A stretch of 64,000 bases of DNA. It comes from Bdellovibrionales bacterium (lineage in GTDB: Bacteria; Bdellovibrionota; Bdellovibrionia; Bdellovibrionales; UBA1609). This document shows, piece after piece, positions 10,633-20,601 of this stretch; position 1 is the stretch's first letter; each line of letters opens with the position of its first letter. The stretch covers positions 1,252,286 through 1,316,285 of the forward strand of contig OZ241967.1 of assembly GCA_965204055.1 (NCBI GenBank). Direction: 5' to 3'. The notes under the pieces are model-generated. The model was given only the letters and a program-made list of their open reading frames with translations, ran no database searches and was not told the origin of the DNA. The position numbers were made by a program, and so were the translations under genes.

Positions 10633-10947
10633 TTTCTTTTACTCCTTTTATTTTAGTCCTCCATGAAAAAAACCATTCTCCTTCAAACTTTATAAAATTG
10701 ATATTCCTCTGTCATTACCTGCTTCTATAAAAATTATTTTTAAAAGTATCCTATACCTTCATCATAAAGTCATTACTTGCTTCTATAAAAATTATTTTTA
10801 AAAGAACTAAAACCACCCGTCAATAAGAAACCTGTGGGCAAAGGCTTTTTTTAATTGTTATTATGAGACACCACTCACACCCGGACTGAGTTTATATCCT
10901 TTAGCTTGTTTTAGCTCCTGTGTCAGCGAAAATAGCTTGATCACCAC

Positions 10948-13002
10948 TCACACCCGGACTGAGTTTATATCCTTTAGTCCTTTAAAAGCCAAAAATAAAC
11001 GATCCAAACCCAAAGCCACACCAGATGTGGGAGGCATACCTCTTTTCATATCATCCAATAATTTATAAGAGGGAGGGACAGGTTGTTTGCCCCGCTGGCT
11101 ACGGCTTAAATTATCCTCTTTAAATCGTAGCTCCTGCTCTCCTGCCTCTATCACCTCGTCAAAAGCGTTAGCCAATTCCATCCCTTTCCAAAATAGCTCA
11201 AATCGGCTGGCCCAGCCTCCTGCCCCTACACGCGCATAAGCTTTTTGAAACGGAGGATAGTCATATACTATTAAAGGCTCTTTAGGATCTATAAAAGGTT
11301 CAATTTTATTTAAAAACAGTAAATGAAAAAGATCTTCTATGTCATCAGATTCTCCAAAAGGAATATTGTGTTTTCTTAATTCCTGCATAAAATCTTTTTG
11401 AGAGGAGGCAGGATACAGTTCCATATTAATATGTTTTTTAAATAGCTCCTGCATACTGATTTTTCTTAATTTTGGAAAAGGATTGCCAGTTATTGTTTTT
11501 GATAAAAAATTAAACAAATATTGTATGTCTGCTAATAACACATTTAAGCCAGAATAGGCCCGATACCACTCTAAAAGGTAAAATTCCAGACTATTAAGCG
11601 GGCCGTTTTCGTTGTTTCTAAAACACTTTTTTATTTCATAAATATCCGTCCAACCACGACAAAGAAGACTCTTCATATTAATCTCAGGGCTGGAAACAAG
11701 AAATAATTTTTTATCACCTGTTTTTTTTTGTTCCGCTTTAGTAAGGAGCTGTTTTTTTTCTCTCCCTTCTCTCCCTGAGCATAATCGGGTCTCAAATAAA
11801 TCTATAGCTGGTTCTGTTCCTGGGCAATCCACTAAAGTGGAAGTAGTAACTTGTTCTAAACCTATTTTTTTCATTCCCTCATGCACATTGTCCAAAAAAA
11901 CAAACCAATCTTTTTGTCTATCCGCCAAAACAGAAGAGGAAACAAAGGCTCTCTTTTTTTTATTAACAGAATTTTTTTTATTGACAGAAACTAAAACTAA
12001 TTTTTTTATATTCTTAATCTCATTTTTGTAAATATCGCTCTCTGAAGTTTTAGGACTGTGAGCAAGGCTTGATGACTCATAACCAACAGAAGCTTTTTCG
12101 CTCTCTGAAGCTTTAGAACCAGCAGAATTTTGATTGCTATCTGAAGTTCTATGACCAGCAGAAGCTCTTTCGCTCTCTGAAGCTTTAGAACAGTGAGCAG
12201 GGCTTGATGACTTATAACCAATAAAAGCTTTTTCACTCTCTGAAGCTTTAGGACCAACAGAATTTTGATTGCTATCTGAAGTTCTATGACCAGCAGAAGC
12301 TCTTTCGCCCTCTGAAGCTTTAGAACAGTGAGCAGGGCTTGATGACTTATAACCAACAGAAGCTTTTTCGCTCTCTGAAGTTTTAGGACCAGCAGAAGCT
12401 TTTTCGCTCTCCCAAACAAAACTTTGAAGAGTATCACTGATTTTATTATACCTATTAAGATTATTTTGATTTTTATCACGCGCTAACAAAGAACAACAAT
12501 CCAAACTTATAAGTAGATGATCTCCTTCCTTAAGAAGAAAAAACACATCCTGCCACCTAATATTTTTTGAGTCCTTGCCAAAATTAAAAAACAAACAACA
12601 CTCTTTTGCAACAAAACATTTTATCTGGCAAAATTGCGCACTTAAAGAAAAAAAATGTTTGTTAGCAGAACCAGTTAATCGTCCTCCCAGCCAAAAATGA
12701 GAAAAAATCTGCGGTGGTGGTGACTTTACCCCTTTAGAGCAGGCAGAACCTGCCCCGATGGCAGAACCTGCCCCGATGGCAGAACCTGCCCCGATGGCAG
12801 AACCTGCCCCGATGGCAGAACCTGCCCCAATGGTAGAACTTGCTTGGATAGTCCGCCCACTTTGAAAGTGCCCCAACTCCTTTCCACTTTGAAAGTGCCC
12901 CAACTCCTCTCCCTTAGAGCAAAGAAACTGGCGCACGGAAAGGGAGTTTTCCGGTAAAGGAGGATAACAACAGCACTTAATAAGGTCTGCTCTGGTTTTC
13001 AT
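10948..13002 (-). CDS. epmA: EF-P lysine ligase (EpmA/GenX/PoxA) with repeat-expanded N-terminus
   Basis: CPGTEP, LVSSPEINMK, CFRNNE, EFYLLEWYR, RFELFWKGMELANAFDE and GMPPTSGVALGLDRL; no anticodon-binding domain. Start position is uncertain. Confidence 0.85.
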   Translation of the reverse strand: MKTRADLIKCCCYPPLPENSLSVRQFLCSKGEELGHFQSGKELGHFQSGRTIQASSTIGAGSAIGAGSAIGAGSAIGAGSAIGAGSACSKGVKSPPPQIFSHFWLGGRLTGSANKHFFSLSAQFCQIKCFVAKECCLFFNFGKDSKNIRWQDVFFLLKEGDHLLISLDCCSLLARDKNQNNLNRYNKISDTLQSFVWESEKASAGPKTSESEKASVGYKSSSPAHCSKASEGERASAGHRTSDSNQNSVGPKASESEKAFIGYKSSSPAHCSKASESERASAGHRTSDSNQNSAGSKASESEKASVGYESSSLAHSPKTSESDIYKNEIKNIKKLVLVSVNKKNSVNKKKRAFVSSSVLADRQKDWFVFLDNVHEGMKKIGLEQVTTSTLVDCPGTEPAIDLFETRLCSGREGREKKQLLTKAEQKKTGDKKLFLVSSPEINMKSLLCRGWTDIYEIKKCFRNNENGPLNSLEFYLLEWYRAYSGLNVLLADIQYLFNFLSKTITGNPFPKLRKISMQELFKKHINMELYPASSQKDFMQELRKHNIPFGESDDIEDLFHLLFLNKIEPFIDPKEPLIVYDYPPFQKAYARVGAGGWASRFELFWKGMELANAFDEVIEAGEQELRFKEDNLSRSQRGKQPVPPSYKLLDDMKRGMPPTSGVALGLDRLFLAFKGLKDINSVRV
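12035..12410. repeat. About 3 imperfect copies of a ~120-bp unit inside epmA
   Basis: Recurring GCTCTCTGAAG(C/T)TTTAG and GGCTTGATGACT..TAACCAA; protein repeats SESEKAS(V/A)G and AGHRTSDSNQNS. Confidence 0.85.
12742..12910. repeat. 18-bp (GCAGAACCTGCCCCGATG x~5) and 27-bp (x2) tandem repeats inside epmA
   Basis: Directly visible; they encode (GAGSAI)n and ELGHFQSG x2. Confidence 0.9.
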
Positions 13003-13030
13003 AACTACTCATATTGAGGGTGCTATAAGA

Positions 13031-13288
13031 TTACTTAATTAAAGCAGTTTTACCGGACAGTAATAGCTCTTTAATTTCCTTTATATCTGCTTTCATCTCT
13101 TTTTGTTCTTCTTCAATACGAGCTTGATTTTTTTCTAATAATGCAATTCTTACATTCAAACTCTCTTTTAAAGGATCAATTTTCGCATTTAAAATTATAG
13201 TAATACCAGTAAATAGTAAAGCTAAAACCGCTGTGTAAAAAATTCCAGCCGTAAATAGGTTTTTTGTTTCCATATTTTTGCCTCCCAC
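13031..13288 (-). CDS. Small TM + coiled-coil protein, copy 1
   Basis: N-terminal TM, then heptad-like KIDPLKESL..KNQARIEEEQKEMKADIKEIK; paralog of 13460-13759. Confidence 0.7.
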   Translation of the reverse strand: MGGKNMETKNLFTAGIFYTAVLALLFTGITIILNAKIDPLKESLNVRIALLEKNQARIEEEQKEMKADIKEIKELLLSGKTALIK

Positions 13289-13459
13289 TTGATTTTATTG
13301 GTTAAGCTTAGTATATCATACAAAATAAGTCAAGCTTTTTGCCTTTTTTGACCTTTAAAGAAATAATACCCCCACTGACGAATGATAAGATCTTGATTAA
13401 CTTATAATAATGTGCTGGTTAATATAAAACCCAAAGTTTTAAAGAAGATACTATTAGGA

Positions 13460-13759
13460 TTACTTAACTAAAGCGGTTTTACCAGATAATAACAGCTCCT
13501 TAATTTCCTTTATATCTGCTTTCATCTCTTTTTGTTCTTCTTCAATACGAGCTTGATTTTTTTCTAATAGTTCAATTTTTACATTCAATGATTCAATTTT
13601 TACATTCACACTCTCTTTTATTACATTCAAGTTTTCTTTTAAAGGATCAATTTTCGCGTTTAAAATTATAGTGATACCAGTAAATAGTAAAGCTAAAACC
13701 GCTGTGTAAAAAATTCCAGCCGTAAATAGGTTTTTTGTTTCCATATTTTTGCCTCCCAC
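13460..13759 (-). CDS. Small TM + coiled-coil protein, copy 2
   Basis: Near-identical to copy 1, with two extra heptads (42 bp). Confidence 0.7.
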   Translation of the reverse strand: MGGKNMETKNLFTAGIFYTAVLALLFTGITIILNAKIDPLKENLNVIKESVNVKIESLNVKIELLEKNQARIEEEQKEMKADIKEIKELLLSGKTALVK

Positions 13760-13995
13760 TTGATTTTATTGGTTAAGCTTAGTATATCATACAAAATAAG
13801 TCAAGCTTTTTGCCTTTTTTGACCTTTAAAGAAATAATACCCCCACTGACGAATGATAAGATCTTGATTAACTTATAATAATGTGCTGGTTAATATAAAA
13901 CCTAAAGTTTTAAAGAATAAACACTTCTCAGCCTGCCGAATTTTCAGATATGAGATATAAAACCTAAAACAAAACCAGTAAAAATCAATAATCTA

Positions 13996-15297
13996 ATGGA
14001 AAGAAAACCAATGAAATCACTATATAAAAACAATGCCATTTGGCTCCCTTATACTCAGATGAAAAAGGCCAACCCTTTACCAGAAGCTGTATCTGCTAAA
14101 GGAAGCTCTATTTACCTCAGAAACGGAAAATCCGTAATTGATGCTATTTCCTCTTGGTGGGTTATCACTCTGGGACACTGTGAACCTTCTATTGTATCTG
14201 CTGTGCAAAAACAAGCAAAGCGGATGGATCAGGTTTTGTTCGCTAATTTCAGCCATTCTGTAGCCAAAGAGCTTGCACAGGAAATGCAAAAAGTTTTACC
14301 AAAAAAACTGTCTTACCTGTTTTTTTCCGATAACGGCTCCACAGCCGTAGAGTCTGCACTTAAAATGGCGGTGCAAAGCTGGAAACAAAAAAAAAGGGAA
14401 ACCTCCAGGAAAAACCAGTTTATCTCTTTTAAAAATTCCTATCATGGAGACACCGCAGGGGCGATGAGTGTTAGCGGAAGAGGTTTTTTTACTCATCCCT
14501 ATAAAAAAATGCTATTTCCTGTTATTAGAGCAAACCAGGGCATACGATCCAGCGATCCTGTTTCCGCATACACCAGTGATTTTGAAAAAAAAGTAAACAA
14601 GTATCATCACACTTTAGCAGGAGTAATAATCGAACCTTTTATCCAAGGGGCAGGCGGTATGATTATGTGGCCTAAAAAAGCTCTTGAGGAAATTTGCACC
14701 ATTAGCAAAAAAAAAGGACTTTACCTTATATTTGACGAAGTTATGACAGGGTTTGGTAGAACAGGAGAGCTGTTTGCCTTTCAAAAGCTGGGGATTGTGC
14801 CAGATCTATTATGCCTTTCCAAAGGTCTAACTGGTGGCTTTTTACCTCTATCTTTAACAATAGCCACCCAGGAAATTTATGACAGTTTTTTATCTGATGA
14901 AAAAAAATATATGTTTTTTCATGGTCACAGTTTTACAGGAAATCCTATTTCCTGCTCTGCCGCTTTAGCCCACATCAAACAAATAAAAAAGGCCAAGTGG
15001 AAAAAAGCATGGCGCAGAATATCATCTTTTCATCAAAGAAAAATAGACAAGCTTAAAGGTCACAAAAACCTAATAGATGCACGAGTCTCAGGCACTATAT
15101 CCGCGCTGGAATTAAAACTGTCGAAAACCGGATATGATTCTCATTTTGCGGAAAAGCTGACCAGAAAAGCTATGCAAGAAGGGGTTTTTCTGCGTCCACT
15201 CGGAAATATTGTGTATATTTTGCCCCCCTATTGTATTACCGACCAGGAGCTGGAACAAGTATGGACTTTTATAGAAAAAGAACTGGACCGTATTTAG
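13996..15297 (+). CDS. bioA: Adenosylmethionine-8-amino-7-oxononanoate aminotransferase
   Basis: IWLPYTQM, DAISSWWV, SDNGSTAVE, YHGDT, QGAGGM, DEVMTGFGRTG, SKGLTGG, FFHGHSFTGNP, LRPLGN. Confidence 0.95.
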   Translation: MERKPMKSLYKNNAIWLPYTQMKKANPLPEAVSAKGSSIYLRNGKSVIDAISSWWVITLGHCEPSIVSAVQKQAKRMDQVLFANFSHSVAKELAQEMQKVLPKKLSYLFFSDNGSTAVESALKMAVQSWKQKKRETSRKNQFISFKNSYHGDTAGAMSVSGRGFFTHPYKKMLFPVIRANQGIRSSDPVSAYTSDFEKKVNKYHHTLAGVIIEPFIQGAGGMIMWPKKALEEICTISKKKGLYLIFDEVMTGFGRTGELFAFQKLGIVPDLLCLSKGLTGGFLPLSLTIATQEIYDSFLSDEKKYMFFHGHSFTGNPISCSAALAHIKQIKKAKWKKAWRRISSFHQRKIDKLKGHKNLIDARVSGTISALELKLSKTGYDSHFAEKLTRKAMQEGVFLRPLGNIVYILPPYCITDQELEQVWTFIEKELDRI

Positions 15298-15895
15298 TCC
15301 TCCGCGAAAAAGATTGTTTTTTGACTGGATTCTCACTTGAAAAACACTGAAAGTCTTTTAGGCTTTCAGTTTAGGTTCTGGATACCCGCTTTCGCGGGTA
15401 TGACAGAGAAGGAGAATGGGGTTTATCACGGGGAACTATTTAGTCCTCCGCGAAACAGCCTTACTACTGCCACTAAAAAGCCAAGTTGTGGCAAACTAAA
15501 AAGCCAAGTTGTGGCAAACTAAAAAGCCAAGTTGTGGCAAACTAAAAAGCCAAGTTGTGCAAACTAAAAAGCCAAGTTGTGGCAAACTAAAAAGCCAAGT
15601 TGTGGCAAACTAAAAAGCCAAGTTGTGGCAAACTAAAAAGCCAAGTTGTTGGCTTTTTAGTCCCTTGAAAGTGGGAATCTCCCGACTTTTAAAGAGATGT
15701 ACCAAGCGTTTGACTTAACTAAACGGACTTATTCAGGACCGACTATTTTAATGGCCCGTGATAAACCCTGTTCATCTCCAACTGTAAAGCCAAGTACTTG
15801 GCTTTACAGTCCCGCCTTGAGCGGGAATCTTGCCTGTTTTAGGACAAAGTAAACCCTGTTTACTGTGTTGAAATACCCTTTTTCACGGGCCACTA
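15295..15895. mobile_element. Three adjacent MITE copies (15295-15438, 15441-15745, 15749-15895)
   Basis: Each is bounded by TA(G/A)T...ACTA. Arms are shared with the copies at 26834, 23927 and 29980. Confidence 0.8.
15472..15661. repeat. 23-bp tandem repeat ACTAAAAAGCCAAGTTGTGGCAA x7, then the full hairpin
   Basis: Units start at 15472, 15495, 15518, 15541 (22 bp), 15563, 15586 and 15609. The palindrome ACTAAAAAGCCAA-GTTG-TTGGCTTTTTAGT starts at 15632. Confidence 0.95.
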
Positions 15896-15940
15896 TTTAG
15901 TAATTGACTTTTTTAGGAAAACAGTTTTATAAGCAAACTC

Positions 15941-16507
15941 ATGTTTACTTTTTTAGCTATAGTGCATATTATTGCGTCTGTTATTATGGTAGTGTTTATC
16001 CTGCTCCAGGACCCTAAAGGGGGTGGAGGAGCTTTGGGAATGCTGGGCGGGGGCGGAGGTTCTAAAAGCCTTTTCGGTAATACAGGTGGCAACCAGTTTT
16101 TAGTAAGTGTAACAAAGTGGACAGCCATCATCTTTGCCTTTACCTCTATTTATTTAGCGGCTCTCAGCTCTAAAAAAGATCAAAGTATAATGGATGAATA
16201 CACCCAATCCACTGAACAACCCAAAGATACTAAACAACCCAAAGATACTAAACAACCCAAAGATACTAAACAACCTAAAGATACTAAACAACCCAAAGAT
16301 ACTAAACAACCCAAAGATACTAAACAACCCAAAGATACTAAACAACCCAAAGATACTAAACAACCCAAAGATACTAAACAACCCAAAGATACTAAACAAC
16401 CCAAAGATACTAAACAACCCAAAGATACTAAACAACCCAAAGATACTAAACAACCCAAAGATACTAAACAACCCAAAGATACTAAACAACCTAAAGAAAC
16501 CGAATAA
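15941..16507 (+). CDS. secG: Preprotein translocase subunit SecG with (QPKDTK)n tail
   Basis: TM-ILLQDPKGGGG..SLFG..FL...T-TM SecG pattern. Confidence 0.9.
   Translation: MFTFLAIVHIIASVIMVVFILLQDPKGGGGALGMLGGGGGSKSLFGNTGGNQFLVSVTKWTAIIFAFTSIYLAALSSKKDQSIMDEYTQSTEQPKDTKQPKDTKQPKDTKQPKDTKQPKDTKQPKDTKQPKDTKQPKDTKQPKDTKQPKDTKQPKDTKQPKDTKQPKDTKQPKDTKQPKDTKQPKETE
16217..16504. repeat. 18-bp tandem repeat CAACCCAAAGATACTAAA x16
   Basis: 15 units encoding QPKDTK plus a final QPKETE variant. Confidence 0.97.
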
Positions 16508-16594
16508 CCAACAAAAACAAAGTTTAAAAACTACAATTTTGATGATTTGAGATTTGTGACAGTAGAACTGAGCAAGTTTCAAACGAGAAGGGAG

Positions 16595-16990
16595 AAAAGT
16601 AAGAAAAGTGTTTCATATTGAAACAAACCCCTATCCAAAGTTCAAACAACAGGAACAAAACACGCCCCCAAAGGGGGTTATTTATCCATGTCCCTGATGG
16701 ATAGTTTTGCAAGTCACTGTTGAGGTGTACCTGCTTTTCCGCTTCACCCGCAAGGCGGGTTATTTATCCATGTCCCTGATGGATAGTTTTGCAAGTCACT
16801 GTTGAGGTGTACCTGCTTTTCCGCTTCACCCGCAAGGCGGGTTATTTATCCATGTTACTTCTGGATAATTTTGCAAGTAGCCTTTGAAGTTGTGCCAGCC
16901 CAGAAGGCTCACTTCACCCGCAAGGCGGGTTGTTTATCCAAGAAGCATTTGTTTCACTTTGCAAGTCACTGTTGGTTTGTGCCCGCTTTT
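16595..16990. repeat. Leader + modular hairpin array element, short copy (4 units of 82-88 bp)
   Basis: Same ~70-bp leader and terminus (CTGTTGGTTTGTGCCCGCTTT) as 20602-21622. Confidence 0.9.
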
Positions 16991-17019
16991 TTGACAAAAG
17001 AGACTTGCTTTTTATGGCA

Positions 17020-17673
17020 TCATGTAAAACTGTTACTGTTTCCTTCAGCAAGTATACGTTTTTTTTGATACAATCTTTTATTGTCTGAATTAAATTCTGC
17101 TTTCATATCACAATCCAATCCATATAAATCTACAATTTTAAATGCTTTAGGATAAAAGTTGTTGCCGGTTTGAGCTATCTCAAATCCAACAGATAAATGA
17201 AAAGCCTCTTCCGTTACTTTTGGATCTTGTGATGAAGAAAGAAAAAAGGATCTTAAACTGGTATTTTTAGAATTTTGAGCATAAGTTTTTACTTCTAAAT
17301 AAACAGGCAAACCTGGATTGTTGATTTTAATATCAGGATAGGCCACAGACTTTTTTCTTCCTGATTTTGTTAACGGAGTGCTTGCTTTAATTTTATATTT
17401 TTGTAACACGGAAATAACAAAATCTTCTATATCATTTCCTACTTCATTGGGGCGATTTCTTTTAATAGGCTTGGCTTGAATGCGTTTACAAACCTCACAC
17501 ATAGCTTTGGCTATAGTTTTTAGAAGAGTCTTATTGCTTTTATTGTTGAGATCAAACTTTTTAACTTTTGTAGAAAATAAAGCTTGAATGATTATCTCAA
17601 AAGGAATATTTTTTATAGGCTGGATAAACTGTGCTAAAAGCTTTTCCAATTTTATTTCACGAGGACTTTTCAT
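17020..17673 (-). CDS. Putative type II restriction endonuclease (PD-(D/E)XK)
   Basis: RPNEVGNDIE..YPDI..YLEVKT; translationally coupled to the upstream MTase (TAATG overlap). Confidence 0.7.
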   Translation of the reverse strand: MKSPREIKLEKLLAQFIQPIKNIPFEIIIQALFSTKVKKFDLNNKSNKTLLKTIAKAMCEVCKRIQAKPIKRNRPNEVGNDIEDFVISVLQKYKIKASTPLTKSGRKKSVAYPDIKINNPGLPVYLEVKTYAQNSKNTSLRSFFLSSSQDPKVTEEAFHLSVGFEIAQTGNNFYPKAFKIVDLYGLDCDMKAEFNSDNKRLYQKKRILAEGNSNSFT

Positions 17674-18908
17674 TATATTTTTTCCAAAAGCACAATGCGA
17701 TTGCTGTTAGTTCCCTTTTTGTTGTTGGAAACACCCCAGCAATTTGCGGTTTTTGTAAATTTCTGCTCATTAACCAAAACAGCTAAAACTTTTAAAGGCA
17801 AACCTTGGGCTTGACTAATAACATATTCATCCAGCTGAATAGTCCTCGATCGCACTTCTCCCACTTCAAAAGCAATATGTCCTCCCACACAAGTGACCCG
17901 AACCAGCTCTTTTAAAGTTTTTTTAATAAATACGGACCAATCTTCAATATTCTTATATTGGCTAACGGAAAGAGACTTAAGATTTATATCTAAAAACCAG
18001 CACCTCAGCCAGTTATCAGATACATAGTTCACTGTGTCTAAAAAAGGGGGGGAAGTTACAACAAGCTTGACGGAATTTGAAGGTATTTGAGGAGTATTGT
18101 AAGATTCTTGGTTTAACAACAAACAATGAGAAGGTTTGACTGTGCCTCCTTGAGAAAGCAAAGTTTTGGATTTTTTAAAAATCAGAGCAGGCACATCTCT
18201 TAAAGGGGGTTTTTCTCCCCTCTTTTGGTTGATTTTTTTTTGCTGTTTAAGCGAAACCGCCTGGTTAGGTGGCATGGTGTAAATAGAAAAAAAACCAGCA
18301 GAATGGCCAGTCAGACGATTAACAGCCACCATTTGTATCCACATGTCAGTTTGATCCCATAACGATGTTTTCTGTCTATCTTTAAACCAAGCCCTTAAAC
18401 CTTCTATCTTAGCCAAGGTCTTTGGATGATAAAACACTAAAAGCTGTTTATTTTTTATGGTTTTAAATTTTTTCCAAGGAATTTTATTTAACCGATCATA
18501 AATTTGATTTAAAGAAGGTGTCCCTATTCGGGCTGTTGTAAAAACACAGCTCAAAGGGTTTATGTCATTTCCATAAGGGATTCGTCCTCTTAAAACAGCT
18601 TCAATAAGGGTTGTGCCTCGACCCATAAAAGGATCATACACCACTTCACCCGGTTGGCTAAACCTCTCAATAAAAAAACCTGGTAGCTGAGGTTTAAAAC
18701 AAGCCCTGTAACTTAACTCATGGATGCGATGAGCCTGTCTTTGTTTTGCAGTCCAAAATGAACCAACGAGATAAGGCACATTTTTAGATAGGACTTTTTT
18801 ATAAGAAATGCCATGCAAACCATTTAATTTACCTTTATGTTTTTTACCCTCCTCTTGAATAAGAAGATTATCAAAAAAATCAAGTTGTGTATTTATATGC
18901 AAGTCCAT
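17673..18908 (-). CDS. Site-specific DNA methyltransferase, probably N4-cytosine
   Basis: Motif I YDPFMGRGTT precedes motif IV VTSPPF (alpha-like order). Confidence 0.88.
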   Translation of the reverse strand: MDLHINTQLDFFDNLLIQEEGKKHKGKLNGLHGISYKKVLSKNVPYLVGSFWTAKQRQAHRIHELSYRACFKPQLPGFFIERFSQPGEVVYDPFMGRGTTLIEAVLRGRIPYGNDINPLSCVFTTARIGTPSLNQIYDRLNKIPWKKFKTIKNKQLLVFYHPKTLAKIEGLRAWFKDRQKTSLWDQTDMWIQMVAVNRLTGHSAGFFSIYTMPPNQAVSLKQQKKINQKRGEKPPLRDVPALIFKKSKTLLSQGGTVKPSHCLLLNQESYNTPQIPSNSVKLVVTSPPFLDTVNYVSDNWLRCWFLDINLKSLSVSQYKNIEDWSVFIKKTLKELVRVTCVGGHIAFEVGEVRSRTIQLDEYVISQAQGLPLKVLAVLVNEQKFTKTANCWGVSNNKKGTNSNRIVLLEKI

Positions 18909-19261
18909 GTATATATTTTATAAATTATCAATCCCTCACTTTCAACCAAAAATTAGTACAAACTCTACTACTGTTCGCCAATCGATATAATACTATGCGT
19001 TATTTTCTTTGTTTTAATCTTCACGGGTTTAATTTTACATTAACCTGTTTTGAGATCTCAAGATGAGAACGAGAGCAATCCCCAGAACCCACTCGATCGT
19101 AGCCACAACCTGGTTTATTTGTCCGGGTTATATAAAGTGTCTCCCATTCAGTCCGGCCAGGGCATACCTAGCGCGTATAATGGACAGCTTTAATAAAGTT
19201 CTAAAGTATAAAATGTTTGCAGGAAAAAAAGCTTTTAAGAGTAAGTAAATACCCTTCTATA

Positions 19262-19385
19262 TAGTCGGTCGTGATAAACCTTTTCACTACTTCTGTCATT
19301 CCCGCCTTGAGCGGGAATCTCGCCTGTTTTAGGACAAAGTAAGCCCTGTTTACTGTGTTGCAATACACTTTTTCACGGGCAACTA
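19262..19385. mobile_element. MITE copy
   Basis: TAGTCGGTCGTGATAAACC ... GTCATTCCCGCCTTGAGCGGGAATC ... TTTTCACGGGCAACTA. Confidence 0.8.
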
Positions 19386-19764
19386 TATAATCACAGCCAG
19401 ACACTTTTGTTATTTGTTTTTTATTAGATGATCAAATAGCTTGTCAAAACGGCTATCTATCTTATCAAAACGATTGTTCAACCCACTTAACAAAAGAGCT
19501 AAGAAGAAAAGGTTTTTTGTTTCAAAGTCCTGCTACAGAGACAGAAAGTATTACAATTTTTGGAGAAAATCCAAAAAAACCCTGAATAGAGGTTGTCTTA
19601 TAGCCAAATCCTCTAAAGTCACGCCTCTTGTCCCCCGCAGCATGCGGGCTTTGTCTCCCGCGACACGCGGGTTAGATGGTTTGTTTGGATTTTAAAGTGA
19701 AAGGGCGTGTTTAGAGGAGGTAAATCCTCTAAAGTCACGCCTCTTGTCCCCCGCAACATGCGGG

Positions 19765-20475
19765 TTAGATGGTTTGTTTGTGCCATCTGGCATATTCTTG
19801 CTGAACTAAAGAACCAGCTCTTTTTAAAATAGGCTTAAACTTTGCTAACTCTTGCTTGGCTTTATTCACCTGACCAGACTTCACTAACAAGTTAATGTAA
19901 GCCCGCATAACAGTCACCTGAACAGTTTGAGGGCGCGCTTTTAAAGCATACTGGTAGTAAGAAAGAGCAAACTCCACTTGACCTTGCTTTTCCAAAATAC
20001 GAGCGTAATTGTAAGCCGACTTCACACTGGACCCTTTTTTAGTAAAGTATTCTTTGTAAGTTTTGCTGGCCTCTGCCACCTTGTTTCTTCTGTATTGATA
20101 CTCACCTAATTTTTCCAATATTCTTAAATCTTTAGAAGAGCTAAAAAAGGACTTATGAGCACTTTCCACACAGTTATATTTTTTAAGCTGTCCGCAAAGG
20201 CTGGTAAGCTTTTTAAAAGAAGATTCGTTTAATTGCCCTGTCCATTGGCGAGCTTTAAGTGGGACAATAGAAAGAGAAGAAGATCCCCAGTTTCCAAGAT
20301 AAATAACAAAACCCATTAAAACGATTCCGCTTAAAAAGATGTTTTTTGCTATTTTATGTTGGATTTGTTTTTCTTTTGCTTGGTTTAAAGATTTGCTCCA
20401 TCCACACTGGCAATGCAAAGTGTTTCCAGTTTTGTTTATTTTAGCTCCACAGTTTGGGCAGTTTATAATGTTCAT
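19765..20475 (-). CDS. Zinc-ribbon + TM + TPR protein
   Basis: CPNC..CQC, a TM helix, and TPR-like AYNYARILEKQGQVEFALSYYQYAL. Confidence 0.7.
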   Translation of the reverse strand: MNIINCPNCGAKINKTGNTLHCQCGWSKSLNQAKEKQIQHKIAKNIFLSGIVLMGFVIYLGNWGSSSLSIVPLKARQWTGQLNESSFKKLTSLCGQLKKYNCVESAHKSFFSSSKDLRILEKLGEYQYRRNKVAEASKTYKEYFTKKGSSVKSAYNYARILEKQGQVEFALSYYQYALKARPQTVQVTVMRAYINLLVKSGQVNKAKQELAKFKPILKRAGSLVQQEYARWHKQTI

Positions 20476-20601
20476 TTTTTTTCTCCTTGTTTAAAGGTTT
20501 GTTTATGTCTACCCCTATAAAGTGCAAGAGAGAGGGAGGTTTTTTGATAACCTCTTGATATAGTTGGAGATTTTTATTTTTGAGGGTGAGCTATTAAGGA
20601 C

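Noticed and set aside
12006-12479. 157-aa repetitive ORF overlapping epmA
   Set aside because: Alternative frame of the epmA repeats.
15472-15661. 23-bp repeat as a CRISPR or iteron array
   Set aside because: Head-to-tail units with no spacers, derived from the MITE palindrome.
16154-16582. Alternative-frame ORFs over the secG repeat
   Set aside because: They stay open only because the 18-bp unit lacks stops in those frames.
16505-16600. tRNA-Leu often found after secG
   Set aside because: No cloverleaf or T-loop motif visible; I found no tRNA or rRNA in the window.
18960-19250. Higher-GC stretch upstream of the MTase (61-aa ORF)
   Set aside because: Possibly a gene relic, but the frames I checked gave no recognisable motif or structure.
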